DNA of 64,000 nt from Bugula neritina (GCA_964035545.1 OZ037767.1:28722628-28786627), one strand, 5' to 3'. Positions 41,882 through 56,379 are shown, numbered from the stretch's first letter. Made by a program: numbers and translations. The notes: generated by a model from the sequence alone, not told the origin.

Positions 41882-44755
41882 GACTCACCAATTTAGTCTA
41901 AATTTATTATAAATTTTTCAACTCTTAGCCTGTAATATTATAGAAAGTTCTAACTAAATTACTCTACATAGTTGAAGGGGTTGTTAGGTCTAAACTCTAG
42001 GTTTTGAGAGAATAAATGAGGAAATGTGAATAGTTATATTAGATTTATGCTAAGAGTAAGAACCTAAAGTAGTGTGACCTACCAGTCACCAAACTATTCA
42101 AGATCTCACTTTATAGAGACTGTATGCAGTCTCTACTAATGCTATCAGATTAACTCACAAAAAGTATTTGTGAATTTATAGAACTGTGCAGCCCAGCATA
42201 TAATAGTAATTAGTAATTGGGGACAGCAGTTAACATATTCATATAATATTATGTAACATATCATTATTATTAAACTGTTTATTTGTAAATGTTAAAGTGT
42301 AGGTTACATGATCAAATGCTACCACCTACATGAGTTTTGTTACCTAGCCTCAACGTTTAGGACTTATAATTCAACTTACTTGAAATCTTTAGAAGCCATG
42401 TTACAGAGGCAAGTATTAGTGCCGAATGTGTGACTTAGCTATTTAGGTATATGAAAATCACTCACTTGAAAAGTTTTGGATGACCCAGTTACTGCAATCA
42501 AAAACCGATCATGCAAAACTTGCGTACGCAGTGCATGCCAGAGAATCAACTGCTGAATGCAGTGTCTCTAAGGTCACGTAGTATCAATGTTTGCATCAAT
42601 TAACTTTGAATGTTAGATTATCTGTAAGTTGGACAAAATAGACTGTTGGTTATTATAATAAATATGTTGACGGAAATTTGAACCCACTCCCTCGTGCAGG
42701 CAAAAGCTCTTAGGCTATCCATAATAGAGTTGTAATTGCTGTAGCTGTAGGATTCTAGTGACGTATTTCATACTAGAGACATGTTTTACATTTCTAATAA
42801 ATCACCGTTTTATATTAAAGTTCACTCTACAGATTATTGGAGTTGTGCCCCTAATTAGTAGGTTGGGGTCTCAACAACAGAGAACGCAAGAAATATGATA
42901 AACTGGTAAGAAGTTATGATTGTCTAACCAATTTACTTCATGAATTGTAATTTAATGGCTAAAGTTGAAATGGAAAGTAGATTTTTTAAACTATGGGCTA
43001 AATAATTAAAGTGGGACTAGCTAAATTTGGAAATTGTAGTGTTGCCTTGTTTACAGAATGTACAGGATTATATTATGTCCTAGCTTTTGCTTTAAAAGCT
43101 TTTACAATGAAAAGCTGCCACAAAAACACATCTGCTAACTTTAATATTTCTGATAAATTCCAGACATGTGTTGGTTGGTGAGTTATAGCATACGAATAGT
43201 AATAAATGGCCTTCAGTTTAAAGGGTCATAACTTGCATACTCTGCGTCTGTTGGGTTCACACCATCATATTCTCATTAATCAACATCAAAATATAACAGT
43301 GACATAACCTAAAAGCTAGCTGAGTTCCATCACCATGGAAACTACTAAACACAGTGTCTCTTATACCATAGTTTAGCCACCGATTAGAAAATGAGAAGAT
43401 AACTCCAAAGTTAACAATGGTGAATGAGTGAAGATGTATAAGTGAAATTATGTTGATATTTTTCTTTAAACTCAGCAGCTGCTCAATATTATGTAGATAT
43501 ACGTATGTGAAGTCATGGCACAGTTAACATTGGAAAATGAGTTTTGTGGAGAAAACACTCGGTTTTATGGACTATGCATTTGAAATATAATGTTCAAATA
43601 TGTATTTAGCATCAGGCAGGACTACAGCAGCAGTCAAGGCAAGAAGAAATATATTTATAATATTTAAAGCTTTTAAAACCATGTTATTTTAGAATGATTT
43701 TGTTCTGGAAATATTTTGGATATGAAACAGTGTTGAGAATTGCATTGAGAATATAACTCCATCTATAATCAGTTCACCTAGATAAAATAACTTTCAGCTT
43801 TTATTTTTAGCAAAACAGTTACTAGCTTATTAAATACATAATTAAATATATTTCTTACAAGTATGACATGTTAATCACAGCTTTAAAACCATATAAACTT
43901 GGGTTTTAGTCGAATTGAAAAGTAGAATATTAGTAAAATTAATAAATGTTTTATATATTATTCAGCTTGCTACTTTTTCAATTTAAGTTGCAATAACAAG
44001 TTTCAAACTTTTAAAGTTATCTATGCATTATTCTGCAATTGTTTATTAAGTTTATAAGGAAGATTATAATAATATTTAGAAAATATCATTTAAATATAGA
44101 GTTGTCTTCTCATCAAGCAGAGTGCATATGCCAGAATAAAGGCTAGATAGTAGTTACAATCCCTAAAACTTAAGCAACCAATATTAATGACAATCATTAC
44201 ACACATGGCAATTACACCAAGAAGTTATAAGGGTAAATCGTCATTATTTACTTCAGCATAGTTACATATGGAAACTAGCACAATTTTCATCATCATTATA
44301 ATAATTATTGTATTACAGACTGCAGTCACATATTGGCAACAAGCCAACAAACATAAATGAATATGGATGCATTAGGAATGAATAGCTATGTATATGAATG
44401 GATTTCCCCAAAGTACAATGATGAGTTAATTTGAGCCGGGTAGAGGAAGTCTTATTTTTGTGTTATCAGTTAGCTTGTAGGAGTTAGTTGATAACATAAA
44501 TATTGGGCTATTTACTTTGCCAGCTGCATATTGCATTATGCATTCCATGTTATGAACAATAGTTTCATTTAAATTAGCCTGCAATAACACTATGTGTTTA
44601 AAAACTTTATTGACTTGAATTTATCAGTAACAAAAATACAATCAATATGCAACTTTGTAAATAAGTTATCTGAAGAATTAAAGTTACGCAAAATCTGATC
44701 AAGAATTAAATTTAATATTATTCCAAAACAACTAAGTTAGAGGTTAGTTCCATAT

Positions 44756-44935
44756 TCAAACAGTCCCCACATTAGCCGTAGCAGAGGTCCCAAGTCCATA
44801 CTTCCGTAGATAAATCTCAATCATCCTTTCCCACTGACTTCTGGTACTCTCTGCTGTTTCATGAACCTCCTCAAACTCTACTACTTCTGTACCTCCATCA
44901 TAGGGTTGGTGCAGGTTGTCCAGAGTGTCCACCAT
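44756..44935 (-). CDS. 59-aa acidic microprotein, copy 1 (MVD type); 5'UTR exon ends at 46136
   Basis: tttcag acceptor 11 nt before the ATG; in-frame stop upstream after splicing; AATAAA about 150 nt after the stop. Confidence 0.7.
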   Translation of the reverse strand: MVDTLDNLHQPYDGGTEVVEFEEVHETAESTRSQWERMIEIYLRKYGLGTSATANVGTV

Positions 44936-45019
44936 TGCTATAATAGCTGAAATACAAATACTTATAGTTGTATAGTTGTTACTAATTCTATTGTAAAATA
45001 CTAACAATTGGTTAACAAT

Positions 45020-45801
45020 CACCGGCTTTCCATGGACCGATCTCAGATCGATCTCAGCGAGATCGATCCATGGAAAGACACCAAAGATCGATCTCAATCG
45101 ATCTGAGCTGGTCGGTCTGTGGAGCTCGAACTCAGATCGATCTCATGTCAATAAGACCATGGAAAGACGCCAGATCGATCTGAGAAGTAGAAAAAGACTG
45201 CGCGCTACAATGTTGTCTGCTAATAAAAATGATAACTTATTGATAATTACTAAACAAAGACGTATTAAATAATTATGATAGCCACCTTTTTTAGATGCCA
45301 AAACTTTGACTTTCAGTACAATGATTAAGAAAACTCAATTATATGCAGTAGAAGGTTGAAAAAAATAAGAGAATTTAAATTGAACTTAAATGACTATTAA
45401 AACTTAGTTTCATTAGCTATTTTCTTTGTGATTTTAAGCCTAACAGTCCTGTAAGTTTATTAATAATCTGCAAGACAGCCATTAATTTTATATAAGCTGC
45501 CAAGCTAAAAAATTAAAATTAATTATTTTAAATTGGCCAAATTATCATACACTGAAAGCTTTGCTGCGTATAGTTTATATCTGGGATTAAATTTTAGACT
45601 AGGAGCATTTTGTTTTCAACAGTAGTAGCTTTAATCACTCAAATAGGTGAACAAATTATACTTTTAAAGTATCCTTCACTTAAGAGGAGGCAACTTCGCA
45701 AGATCGATCTGACGCTTTCATGGAAAAACGGTCGATCTGAGCACATTTCTCAGATCGATCTCGCTGAGATCGATCTGAGATCGGTACATGGAAAGCCCGT
45801 G
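45020..45801. mobile_element. 782-bp non-autonomous DNA transposon (CAC...GTG ends, AAT target duplication) in the intron of copy 1
   Basis: TIR cac(c/g)ggctttccatg; subterminal agatcgatct repeats; empty site ttaacaatataaaa visible in the paralogous copy at ~56445. Confidence 0.9.
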
Positions 45802-47299
45802 AATATAAAATATAACAACTGCTTATATACAAGAAATATTCCATCATCCTAAACCTTAACATTCTCATGATGCATGTTAAGAGCTAGAAGGGAACAACAA
45901 AATAAACTACTTGTTACCCATTTAGTTAACCAAGAAAAGTTTATAGTACCTCTGGTTAGTTGAAATAGGTGAAAGTTACAATGACTAAAGGGGAATGAGC
46001 TCTCAAAGAGACCACCACCCATTTTAGTGATGTAGGAATTATCTATCATATCTAGTGATGACCATAGGGTTATAATTGTATGATACACAGGACGTTGAAG
46101 TGACAATAACTTTCTCACAACTAGAAATATCTTACCTTAGAATGCTGGCTGCTCCAAAATATGTTGTAAAATTAAGAATAATATAATATCTCCAAGAGCA
46201 GTACAATGGGTAAGTGTTTCTCTGCTATGACTTATAATGCTTCTGATGTAAAGATTGTAACACCGCCTAATTGAATATTAACCTTGAATGTTTTTAGCCT
46301 ATCAAATGCAAGTCGAAATTTCACAACAGTCACAGATTATCAACTAAATGTTGATAATTTATAGCTTAGTATTGACTAGGTCAAAAAAAGGCAACACAGT
46401 CATAAATTGCCATAGCATTGTATGACTGCAGTACATGACAATAGCTATTATAAGTACAAATTCTCATTTGGCAATTATAGTGTTGACCTAGCTTTTGTTT
46501 AAAGAGTTTTTACAATGAAAAGCTGCCACAAAAACACATCTGCTAACTTTTGATATTTCTGATAAATTCCAGACATGTGTTGGTTGGTGAGTTATATTGA
46601 AAAGTAGAATATTAGTAAAATCAATAAATGTTTGAAATTTTTCCTTTGAGATAAATGTATTATATATTATTCAGTTTGCTGCCGTTTCAATTTAAGTTGC
46701 AATAGTAAGTTTTTAGCTTTTAAAGTTATCTATGCATTGTTCTGCAATTTTTTATTAAGTTTATAAGGAAAATTATACTTGGAAAATTATTATTTAAATA
46801 TAGAGTTATCTTCTCAGCAAGCACAGTGTATATAGCAGAATAAAGGCAAGATAGTAGCTACAATCCCTAAAACTTATGCAACCAATATCATTACACACAT
46901 GACAATTATGCCAATAAGTTATAAGGGTAAGTCATCTTTACTAACTTTAGTTTAGTCATCTAATTCTTGTGAATATTGGTTTAAATAGTTTTAATTAATG
47001 CTAGTGAAACACATACAGCCAACCATATCATAGTTTATTGCAACTAGCATAATTTCATCATCATTATAATATTGTATACCACAGATCAGCGGAGTGACGT
47101 AATGGCAACAAGCCCAACATACAATAAGCGCATGCATAGGAATGAATAAATCAATAATCATGTCCGCTAAATATTGGATTTCCCCGTATAATAGCAAGTT
47201 GATTTGGGCCAGTGAGGAAGTCTCTGTTTTGTGAAATCAGCTGGAAGCTAGCCAACACAAATGTGGATTATCATTTTTATTATCATGCAGACAGCATTT

Positions 47300-47342
47300 C
47301 AGTCTTTTTCAACTTCTCAGATCGATCTGGCGGTTTTCCATG
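47300..47342 (-). mobile_element. Short inverted remnant of the same element family
   Basis: cagtctttttcaacttctcagatcgatctggcggttttccatg resembles the reverse complement of 45159-45200. Confidence 0.6.
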
Positions 47343-47508
47343 ACTACATGTTAGAAACTTTATTGACTTGAATTTATCAGTAACAAAAACACAATTAATA
47401 TGCAACTTTATCAATAAGTTATTATCTGAAGAATTAAAGTTACACAAAATCTGAAGAATAATAGTAAAGATAATCCTAAAACAACTAAGTTAGAGTTTGG
47501 TTCCATAT

Positions 47509-47688
47509 TCAAACAGTTCCCACATCAGCCGTAGCAGAGTTCCCAAGTCCATACTTCCGTAGATAAATCTCAATCATCCTTTCCCACTGACTTCTGGCAC
47601 TCTCTGCTGTTTCATGGACCTCCTCCAACTCTACTACTTCTGTACCTCCATCATCGGGTTGGTGCAGGTTGTCCAGAGTGTCTGGCAT
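47509..47688 (-). CDS. 59-aa microprotein, copy 2 (MPD type)
   Basis: Same structure; donor ~48220, TATAAAA ~48330, polyA signal ~47360. Confidence 0.7.
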   Translation of the reverse strand: MPDTLDNLHQPDDGGTEVVELEEVHETAESARSQWERMIEIYLRKYGLGNSATADVGTV

Positions 47689-48557
47689 TGCTATAATAAC
47701 TGAAATACAAGTGCCCATATAGTTGTACAGTTGATACTAATTCTATCATAGAACACTAACAATTGGTAAACAATACCAATATGACAACTGCTTATATAAC
47801 TATTCCAACATCCTAAATGTTACCATGTTTATGGATATGTTCATGCATTTTATGTGCATGCTAAGGGCTAGATAGGAACAGCAGAATAAACTACTTGTTA
47901 CCCATAACAAAATTTAAACACTTGAAAAAAACAGTCTTTCAACATTTTACACCTACTTTTGACTTAAATTTCTGTCTAATTATCATATTTACTATAATTC
48001 ATAATTTTCTTTAACCAATAAAAGTTTATGGTAACTCTGGTTAGTTGAAATAGGTGAGAGTGACAATGACTAAAGTAGAATGAGCTCTCAAAGAGACCAC
48101 CACCCATTTTAGTGATGTAGAAATTATCTATCATAGCTAGTTATGACCATAATGTTATTGTGTGATACACAGCACGTTGTTTAATGAAAAGTAACTCTCT
48201 CACAACTAGAAATATCTTACCTTAGAATGCTGGCTGCTCCAAAATATGTTGTAAAAGTAAGAATAATCTAGCAGCTCCAAAAGCAGTACAATGGGCAAGT
48301 GTTCCTATCCTATGCTTCTGCTCTCATTTTATATGAAACTTGTAACACCATGAAGTACTAACAATAGGAAAAGGATCCGAGATCTTGGAGCACCAGTATT
48401 GATGACGCCACAAAAGGGATAATAGCCCACAATGCTCACTAGTATGGCAACATGTACAAGTGGTTGAGTAGTTGGGAAATCCTAGAGTCATGCTATTTTA
48501 AAATGAATTTGTTCTGTAAATGCTTTGGATATGAAATGGTATAGAGAATTAAGAATA

Positions 48558-48775
48558 TTTATCTCACCCCTTCTATTTAACTCCTTTTATCTCACTCCTT
48601 CTATCATAACACTTTCATCTCACTCCGGCCTTCTATCTTACCCCTTCTATCTCACCCTTTCTATCTTACCCCTTCTATCTCACCCCTTCTATCTTACCCC
48701 TTCTATCTCACCCTTTCTATCTTACCCCTTTTATCTCACCCTTTCTATCTTACCCCTTCTATATCTCAACCCTTT
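48558..48775. repeat. Degenerate 13-14-bp pyrimidine-rich repeat (ttctatct(c/t)acccc); also at ~50967-51110, 53327-53450, 54920-55040, 57118-57335
   Basis: Visible tandem units whose copy number varies between array units. Confidence 0.85.
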
Positions 48776-49916
48776 TTTCTGTTTTGATTTTAAAGAATGA
48801 TTACATGAAATTTGACAAAAGTAATTCTTAATAATCACTAATGGGAATCTTAGAACATAATTATGTATTTAATTCACGTTTTATTATTCTGTTATAGCAC
48901 TGTTCTATTATGACTTTGTACAGGTAACAATGAAATTAGTAAGAATTTGTCCACATGTTTACCACATTATTTGGTATATGCTGTTATTAAAAGTGGTTGC
49001 TCTCTGTCCTAAATCTTCTTCCAGGAGTTTGTCAAGGAACTTAAGCTAGTCAGTATGCACTCTGTTGAATTCTATCAACTACAATTGTTCTCTGGCTGAG
49101 AGAACTGGTATAGTTATTCTGGTTTTATATTACAAGTGAGGTATCTTGGTAGTTCACTATGCATGAACAGCAATAAGTAAAAACAATAAAAGTCTGCTAC
49201 ATGCAGGTACGTAATATATGCATTGATTACAATTAGTAATAATCATAGTGCTAATGAAAAGGAATTCATAAAAAGGTCTGAAAAAAGCATCTATGACTAA
49301 TATTGGATTTCCCCAAACGAGTGATGGTCATTCTTAATGCATGGGATGATGATGCATGGACACTCTTGAAGCATGGGATGCACATTATACCAACCTTTAT
49401 ATAATAATGTCATTTAAAGTGGTTTATAAATATTGCTTACTTATGCCTGGAATACAGACAGACTAAGTCATGCTAACTAAGTAGTAACTATCTACAGCAC
49501 AACACATAGACTATAATAGAGTAACATTAAGATGGTGGTAGGTATTATAGAGTACTAGTTTCACTTTTTTTGAAAAGAAACCCAACAGCTGAAAGTTTAA
49601 TTTCATTTCTACATATCTAACTGTTGTGTGCTAGGAATAATTTACCTGCTACTATCTATATTTCTCATAGGTCACTCAGTTGTCTAATTTATAAACAATG
49701 CTTTAATGGGGAAATTTAGCAAAAAGCTATTTTAGCTGTATAGTTTCAATAAGAAGTCCTTTTTACATGTTAGCAACTTTATTGACTTAATTCAGTAATA
49801 AAAATACAACCAATGCTGCTAGCTTTAATCAACTTGCAACTTAATAAATGAGTTAACATCTGAAGAATAATATTAAAGATAGTTCCAGAAAACTAAGTTA
49901 AAGGTTGGTTCCATAT

Positions 49917-50096
49917 TCAAACAGCTCCCACATCAGCCGTAGCAGAGTTCCCAAGTCCATACTTCCGCAGATAAATCTCAATCATCCTTTCCCACTGACT
50001 TCTGATACTCTCTGCTGTTTCATGAACCTCCTCAAACTCTACTACTTCTGTACCTCCATCATCTGGTTGGTGCAGGTTGTCCAGAGTGTCTGGCAT
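49917..50096 (-). CDS. 59-aa microprotein, copy 3 (MPD type)
   Basis: Intact ORF with the same splice, TATA and polyA signals. Confidence 0.7.
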   Translation of the reverse strand: MPDTLDNLHQPDDGGTEVVEFEEVHETAESIRSQWERMIEIYLRKYGLGNSATADVGAV

Positions 50097-52272
50097 TGCT
50101 ATAATAGCTGAAATACAAATACTTATAGTTGTATAGTTGATACTAATTCTATCATAGAATACTAACACTTGTTAAACAATACCAATATAATAACTGCTTA
50201 TATAACTATTCCAACATCCTAAATGTTACCATGTTTATGGATATGTTCATGTATTTTATATGCATGCTAAGGGCTAAATAGGAACAGCAGAATAAACTAC
50301 TTGTTACCCATAACAAAATTTAAACACTTGAAAAAACAGTCTTTCAACATTTTACACCTACTTTTGACCTAAATTTTTGTCTAATTATAATATTTACTAT
50401 AATTCATAATTTTCTTTAACCAATAAAAGTTTATGGTAACTCTGGTTAGTTGAAATAGGTGAGAGTGACAATGACTAAAGTAAAATGAGCTCTCAAAGAG
50501 ATTACCACCCATTTTAGTGATGTAGGAATTATCTATCATAGCTAGTGATGACCATAATGTTATTGTGTGATACACAGCACGTTGTTTAATGAAAAGTAAC
50601 TCTCTCACAACTAGAAATATCTTACCTTAGAATGCTGGCTGCTCCAAAATATGTTGTAAAAGTAAGAATAATCTAGCAGCTCCAAAAGCAGTACAATGGG
50701 CAAGTGTTCCTATCCTATGCTCCTGCTCTCATTTTATATGAAACTTGTAACACCATGAATTAGTACTAACAATAGGAAAAGGATCCGAGATCTTGGAGCG
50801 CCAGTATTGATGACTCCACAAAAGGGATAATAGCCCACAATGCTCACTAGTATGGCAACATGTACAAGTGGTTGAGTAGTTGGGAAATCCTAGAGTCATG
50901 CTAGTTTAAAATGAATTTGTTCTGTAAATGCTTTGGATATGAAATGGTATAGAGAATTGAGAATATTTATCTCACCCCTTCTATTTAACTCCTTTATCTC
51001 ACCCCTTCTATCTTATAACCCCTTCTATCTTACCCTTTCTCACTCACCCCTTCTATCTCACCCCTTTTATCTCACCCTTTCTATCTTACCCCTTCTATAT
51101 CTCACCCCTTTTTTCTGTTTTGGTTTTAAAGAATGATTACATGAAATTTGACAAAAGTAATTCTTAATAATCACTAATGGGAATCTTAGAACATAATTAT
51201 GTATTTAATTCACGTTTTATTATTCTGTTATAGCACTGTTCTATTATGACTTTGTACAGGTAACAATGAAATTAGTAAGAATTTGTCCACATGTTTACCA
51301 CATTATTTGGTATATGCTGTTATTAAAAGTGGTTGCTCTCTGTCCTAAATCTTCTTCCAGGAGTTTGTCAAGGAACTTAAGCTAGTCAGTATGCACTCTG
51401 TTGAATTCTATCAACTACAATTGTTCTCTGGCTGAGAGAACTGGTATAGTTATTCTGGTTTTATATTACAAGTGAGGTATCTTGGTAGTTCACTATGCAT
51501 GAACAGCAATAAGTAAAAACAATAAAAGTCTGCTACATGCAGGTACGTAATATATGCATTGATTACAATTAGTAATAATCATAGTGCTAATGAAAAGGAA
51601 TTCATAAAAAGGTCTGAAAAAAGCATCTATGACTAATATTGGATTTCCCCAAACGAGTGATGGGTGGACATTCTTAATGCATGGGATAATAATGCATGAT
51701 AATGATGATGCATGGACATTCTTGAAGCATGGGATGCACATAATACCAACCTTTATATAATAATGTCATTTAAAGTGGTCTATCAATATTGTTTACTTAT
51801 GCCTGGAATACAGACAGACTAATTCATGCTAACTAAGTAGTGACTATCAGCAACACAACATATAAACTATAATAGAGTAACATTAAGATGGTGGTAGGTT
51901 TTATAGAGTACTAGTTTCACTCTTTTTGAAAAGAAACCCAACAGCTGAAAGTTTAATTTCATTTCTGCATATCTAACTGTTGTGTGCTAGGAATAATTTA
52001 CCAGCTGCTATTTATATTTCTCATAGGTCACTCAGTTGTCTAATTTATAAGCAATGCTTTAATGGGGAAATTTAGCAAAAAGCTATTTTAGCTGTATAGT
52101 TTCAATAAGAAGTCCTTTTTACATGTTAGCAACTTTATTGGCTTAATTCAGTAGTAAAAATACAACCAATGCCGCTAGCTTTAATCAACGTGCAACTTGA
52201 TAAATGAGTTAACATCTGAAGAATAATATTAAAGATATTTCCAGAAAACTAAGTTAGAGATTGGTTCCATAT

Positions 52273-52460
52273 TCAAACAGCTCCCACATCAGCCGTAGCA
52301 GAGTTCCCAAGTCCATACTTCCGTAGATAAATCTCAATCATCCTTTCCCACTGACTTCTGGCACTCTCTGCTGTTTCATGGACCTCCTCAAACTCTACTA
52401 CTTCTGTACAGGGGGGTCTCCATCATCGGGTTGGTGCAGGTTGTCCAGAGTGTCTGGCAT
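52273..52460 (-). pseudogene. Microprotein copy 4, frameshifted by an 8-bp insertion
   Basis: aggggggt inserted at 52410-52417 (ctgtac|ctccatc in the other copies) gives an early TAG. Confidence 0.75.
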
Positions 52461-55400
52461 TGCTATAATATCTGAAATACAAATACTTATAGTTGTATAG
52501 TTGATACTAATTCTATCATAGAACACTAACACTTGTTAAACAATACCAATATAATAACTGCTTATATAACTATTCCAACATCCTAAATGTTACCATGTTT
52601 ATGGATATGTTCATGTATTTTATGTGCATGCTAAGGGCTAAATAGGAACAGCAGAATAAACTACTTGTTACCCATAACAAAATTTAAACACTTGAAAAAA
52701 CAGTCTTTCAACATTTTACACCTACTTTTGACTTAAATTTCTGTCTAATTATCATATTTACTATAATTCATAATTTTCTTTAACCAATAAAAGTTTATGG
52801 TAACTCTGGTTAGTTGAAATAGGTGAGAGTGACAATGACTAAAGTAGAATGAGCTCTCAAAGAGACCACCACCAATTTTAGTGATGTAGGGATTATCTAT
52901 CATAGCTAGTTATGACCATAATGTTATTGTGTGATACACAGCACGTTGTTTAATGAAAAGTAACTCTCTCACAACTAGAAATATCTTACCTTAGAATGCT
53001 GGCTGCTCCAAAATATGTTGTAAAAGTAAGAATAGTATAGTGTCTCCAAGGGCAGTACAATGGGTAGGCAAGTTTTTCTCTCCTATGCTCCTGCTCTCAT
53101 TTTATATGAAACTTGTAACACCATGAAGTACTAACAATAGGAAAGGGATCCGAGATCTTGGAGTATTGATGATGCCACAAAAGGGATAATAGCCCACAAT
53201 GCTCACTAGTATGGCAACATGTACAAGTGGTTGAGTAGTTGGGAAATCCTAGAGTCATGCTATTTTAAAATGAATTTGTTCTGTAAATGCTTTGGATATG
53301 AAATGGTATAGAGAATTAAGAATATTTATCTCACCCCTTCTATTTAACTCCTTTTATCTCACCCCTTCTATCTTATAACCCCTTCTATCTTACCCCTTCT
53401 ATCTCACCCTTTCTATCTTACCCCTTCTATTTAACTCCTTTATCTCACCCCATGAAATAAAAGTTAACTAAGTTCTATCACCAAGGAAACTACTAAATAC
53501 AGTGTCTCTTATACCGTAGTTTAGCCACAAAATAAAGAATGAGTAAATAACTCCAAAGTCACCAACTTCACGAATCATTAGCCCATACAAAGCAAATAGT
53601 GAATGGGTGAAGATTTATAAATGAAATTCTGTTGATATTTTTTCAAAACTCAGCAGCTGCACATTATTTTGATCAAAAATTAGTGGATATACGTATGTGA
53701 AGCCATGGCACAGTTTACATCGGAAAATGAGTTTTGTGGAGAAAACATGCACTCACTTTTATGGGTTATGTATTTGAGATATAAGGCTCAAATATATATT
53801 TAAAATCAAGCAGGAAAATTAGTATATTTATAATCTTAAAAGTTCTTAAAGCCCTGCTATTTTAAAATGAATTTGTTCAGTAAATATTTTCGATATGTAA
53901 TGGTGTCAAGAATTGCATTGAGAATATAACTCCATCTATAATCAGCTCACCTACATAGTACAACTTTTGACTTTCCTTCTCAGTAAAACAGTTTCCTTAT
54001 AAAAAGTTTACAAAATTATATACAACTTTTATAAATATATGATGTTATTCACAGCTTTAAAGCCATAACTTGGGTTTCAGTCGAATTGAAAAGTAGAATA
54101 TTGGTGAATTGTCAATAAATGTTTGAAATCTTTCCTTTGGGATAAGTGTATTATACATATACTATTCAGCTTGATATGTTTTCAATTTAAGTTGCAATAG
54201 TAAGTTTCTAGCTTTTAAAAAGTTATCTATGCATCAATTTGCAATTTTTTATCAAGTTTATTAGTTTGTAATGATGTTTAGAAAATATTATTTAAATATA
54301 GAGTTGTCTTCTCATCAAGCAGAGTGCATATACCAGAATAAAGGCTAGATAGTAGTTACAATCCCTAAAACTTATGCAACCAATATTAATGATAATCATT
54401 ACACACATGACATGCCAAGAACTTATAAGGGTAAATCATCGTTATTTATTTCAGCATAGTCATTTTATTTTGTTTAATACCAGTTTAGACAGTTTTACAA
54501 TTAATGCTAGTGAAGCGCACGTATAGCCAATCATATCATAGTTTATTGAAACTAGCATAATTTCCATTCTCATTATATTGTATAATATGCACCTCTGTGT
54601 TAGAAGCATTATTTTGAGCAGTTAATTTGTTACTATAAATTGAACTTTTGAACTCCCCTGAATATAGCCATATATAGCAAAATTTTTGAAGATTAATTAA
54701 ACTTAGCTTAGATAGGCAATTCATTACGTAGCCACTAGTAGCTAAAAATCTCACCAATACATTTCAAGAGTTTTCAAGTGTGACATTTTTGTTGTTAAAA
54801 ACTGACATTTAATTGACTAATTTATTAAAACCAGTAATTTGTAATCTATAATTGAAATGAGTAAAAAAGCTAACAATGTGCACATTTACCTAAATTCTAA
54901 TACATAACATACATCTCGATATCTCACCACTTCCATCTCACCCCCTTCTATCTCACTCCTTCTACCTCACCCCCTTATATTATCTCACTTCTTCTATCAT
55001 AATCCTTCTATCTCACCCCCTTCTATATCTCAACCCTTTTTTCTGTTTTGGTTTTAAAGAATGAATACATGAAATTCAGCAAAAGTAATTCTTAATAATC
55101 ACTAATGGGAATTTCAGAACATAGTTATGTATTTATTACTTGTTTTATTATTCTGTTATAGCACTGTTCTATTATGACTTTGTACAGGTAACAATGAAAT
55201 TAGTAAAATTTTGTCCACACATTCTTTGGTATATGCTGTTATTAAATACGGTTGCTCTCTGTCCTTAATCTCTTCCCAGGAGTTTGTCAGGGAACTTAAA
55301 CTGTCTGGCATGCACTGTGTTGAACTCTGGCTGGGAGAACTGATATAGTTAGTCTGGTTTTATATTACAAGGGAGGCATCTTGGTAGTTCTACCATCCTA

Positions 55401-56199
55401 TCATACTGTAAGAGTTGTGCTCCCGTGTGTAATGTTTTGAATGTGTGCTGCATGCAATAGAGTTGTTTGTTATTACTGCATGAATCAGATGATGTTTGGC
55501 AACTGTATGATGTCATATTCTGTATATATATATAAGATGAAGATTTACAAATATAAGTTAGTTTTTAGCCCTCAACCGAGTGTAGTCTCTACAGCATAAA
55601 TATAATAACTGCAACTTAACACAACATAAAACCGTGCACATCTTGTTTAATACTCGGTGTGTTAGTTTTGTGTAGCAATACCTTAATATTATTCTCTAGT
55701 TTGGTAACATTATTATTGAGGTCTTCTAGAGGCAGGGCACCAAGCAACCAATCAGACGCTTTGTTTCACTTACACCGCCTAAATCAATAATTTGCTGTGC
55801 AGTGTTACTTGTATGCTGTCACTTTGCCAACTAATTATTGCACAGCTTTCATTTTGCGCAGTGTTCTGAATGGCTTAAGGTTACATATTGCATATCTGAC
55901 TGGTGTGTGCTATAGGAATAATTTACCAGCTACTATCTATATTTCTTATAGGTCACTCAGTTGTCTAATTTATGAGCCACGTTTTGATGGGAACTTCAGC
56001 AGAAAGCCATTTTAGCTGTATAGTTTCAATAGGAAGTCCTTTTTACATGTTAGGAACTTTATTGACTTGGCTTATCAGTAATAAAAATGCAACCAATGCT
56101 GCTAACTTTAATCAACGTGCAACTTGATAAATGAGTTAAAATCTGAAGAATAATATTAAAGATAGTTCCAGAAAACTAAGTTAGGGGTTGGTTCGATAT

Positions 56200-56379
56200 T
56201 CAAGCAGTTCCCACATTAGCCGTAGCAGAGTTCCCAAGTCCATACTTCCGTAGATAAATCTCAATCATCCTTTCCCACTGACTTCTGGTACTCTCTGCTG
56301 TTTCATGGACCTCCTCAAACCCTACTACTTCTGTACCTCCATCATCGGGTTGGTGCAGGTTGTCCAGAATGTCCACCAT
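56200..56379 (-). CDS. 59-aa microprotein, copy 5 (MVD type)
   Basis: Intact ORF with the same signals. Confidence 0.7.
   Translation of the reverse strand: MVDILDNLHQPDDGGTEVVGFEEVHETAESTRSQWERMIEIYLRKYGLGNSATANVGTA

Noticed and set aside
42665-42725. B-box-like gggttcaaat on the minus strand (tRNA or SINE head)
   Set aside because: No cloverleaf or clear A box; too weak to call.
44936-45097. N-terminal extensions of the microprotein ORFs in the ORF track
   Set aside because: They run through the acceptor into intron or transposon sequence and differ between copies.
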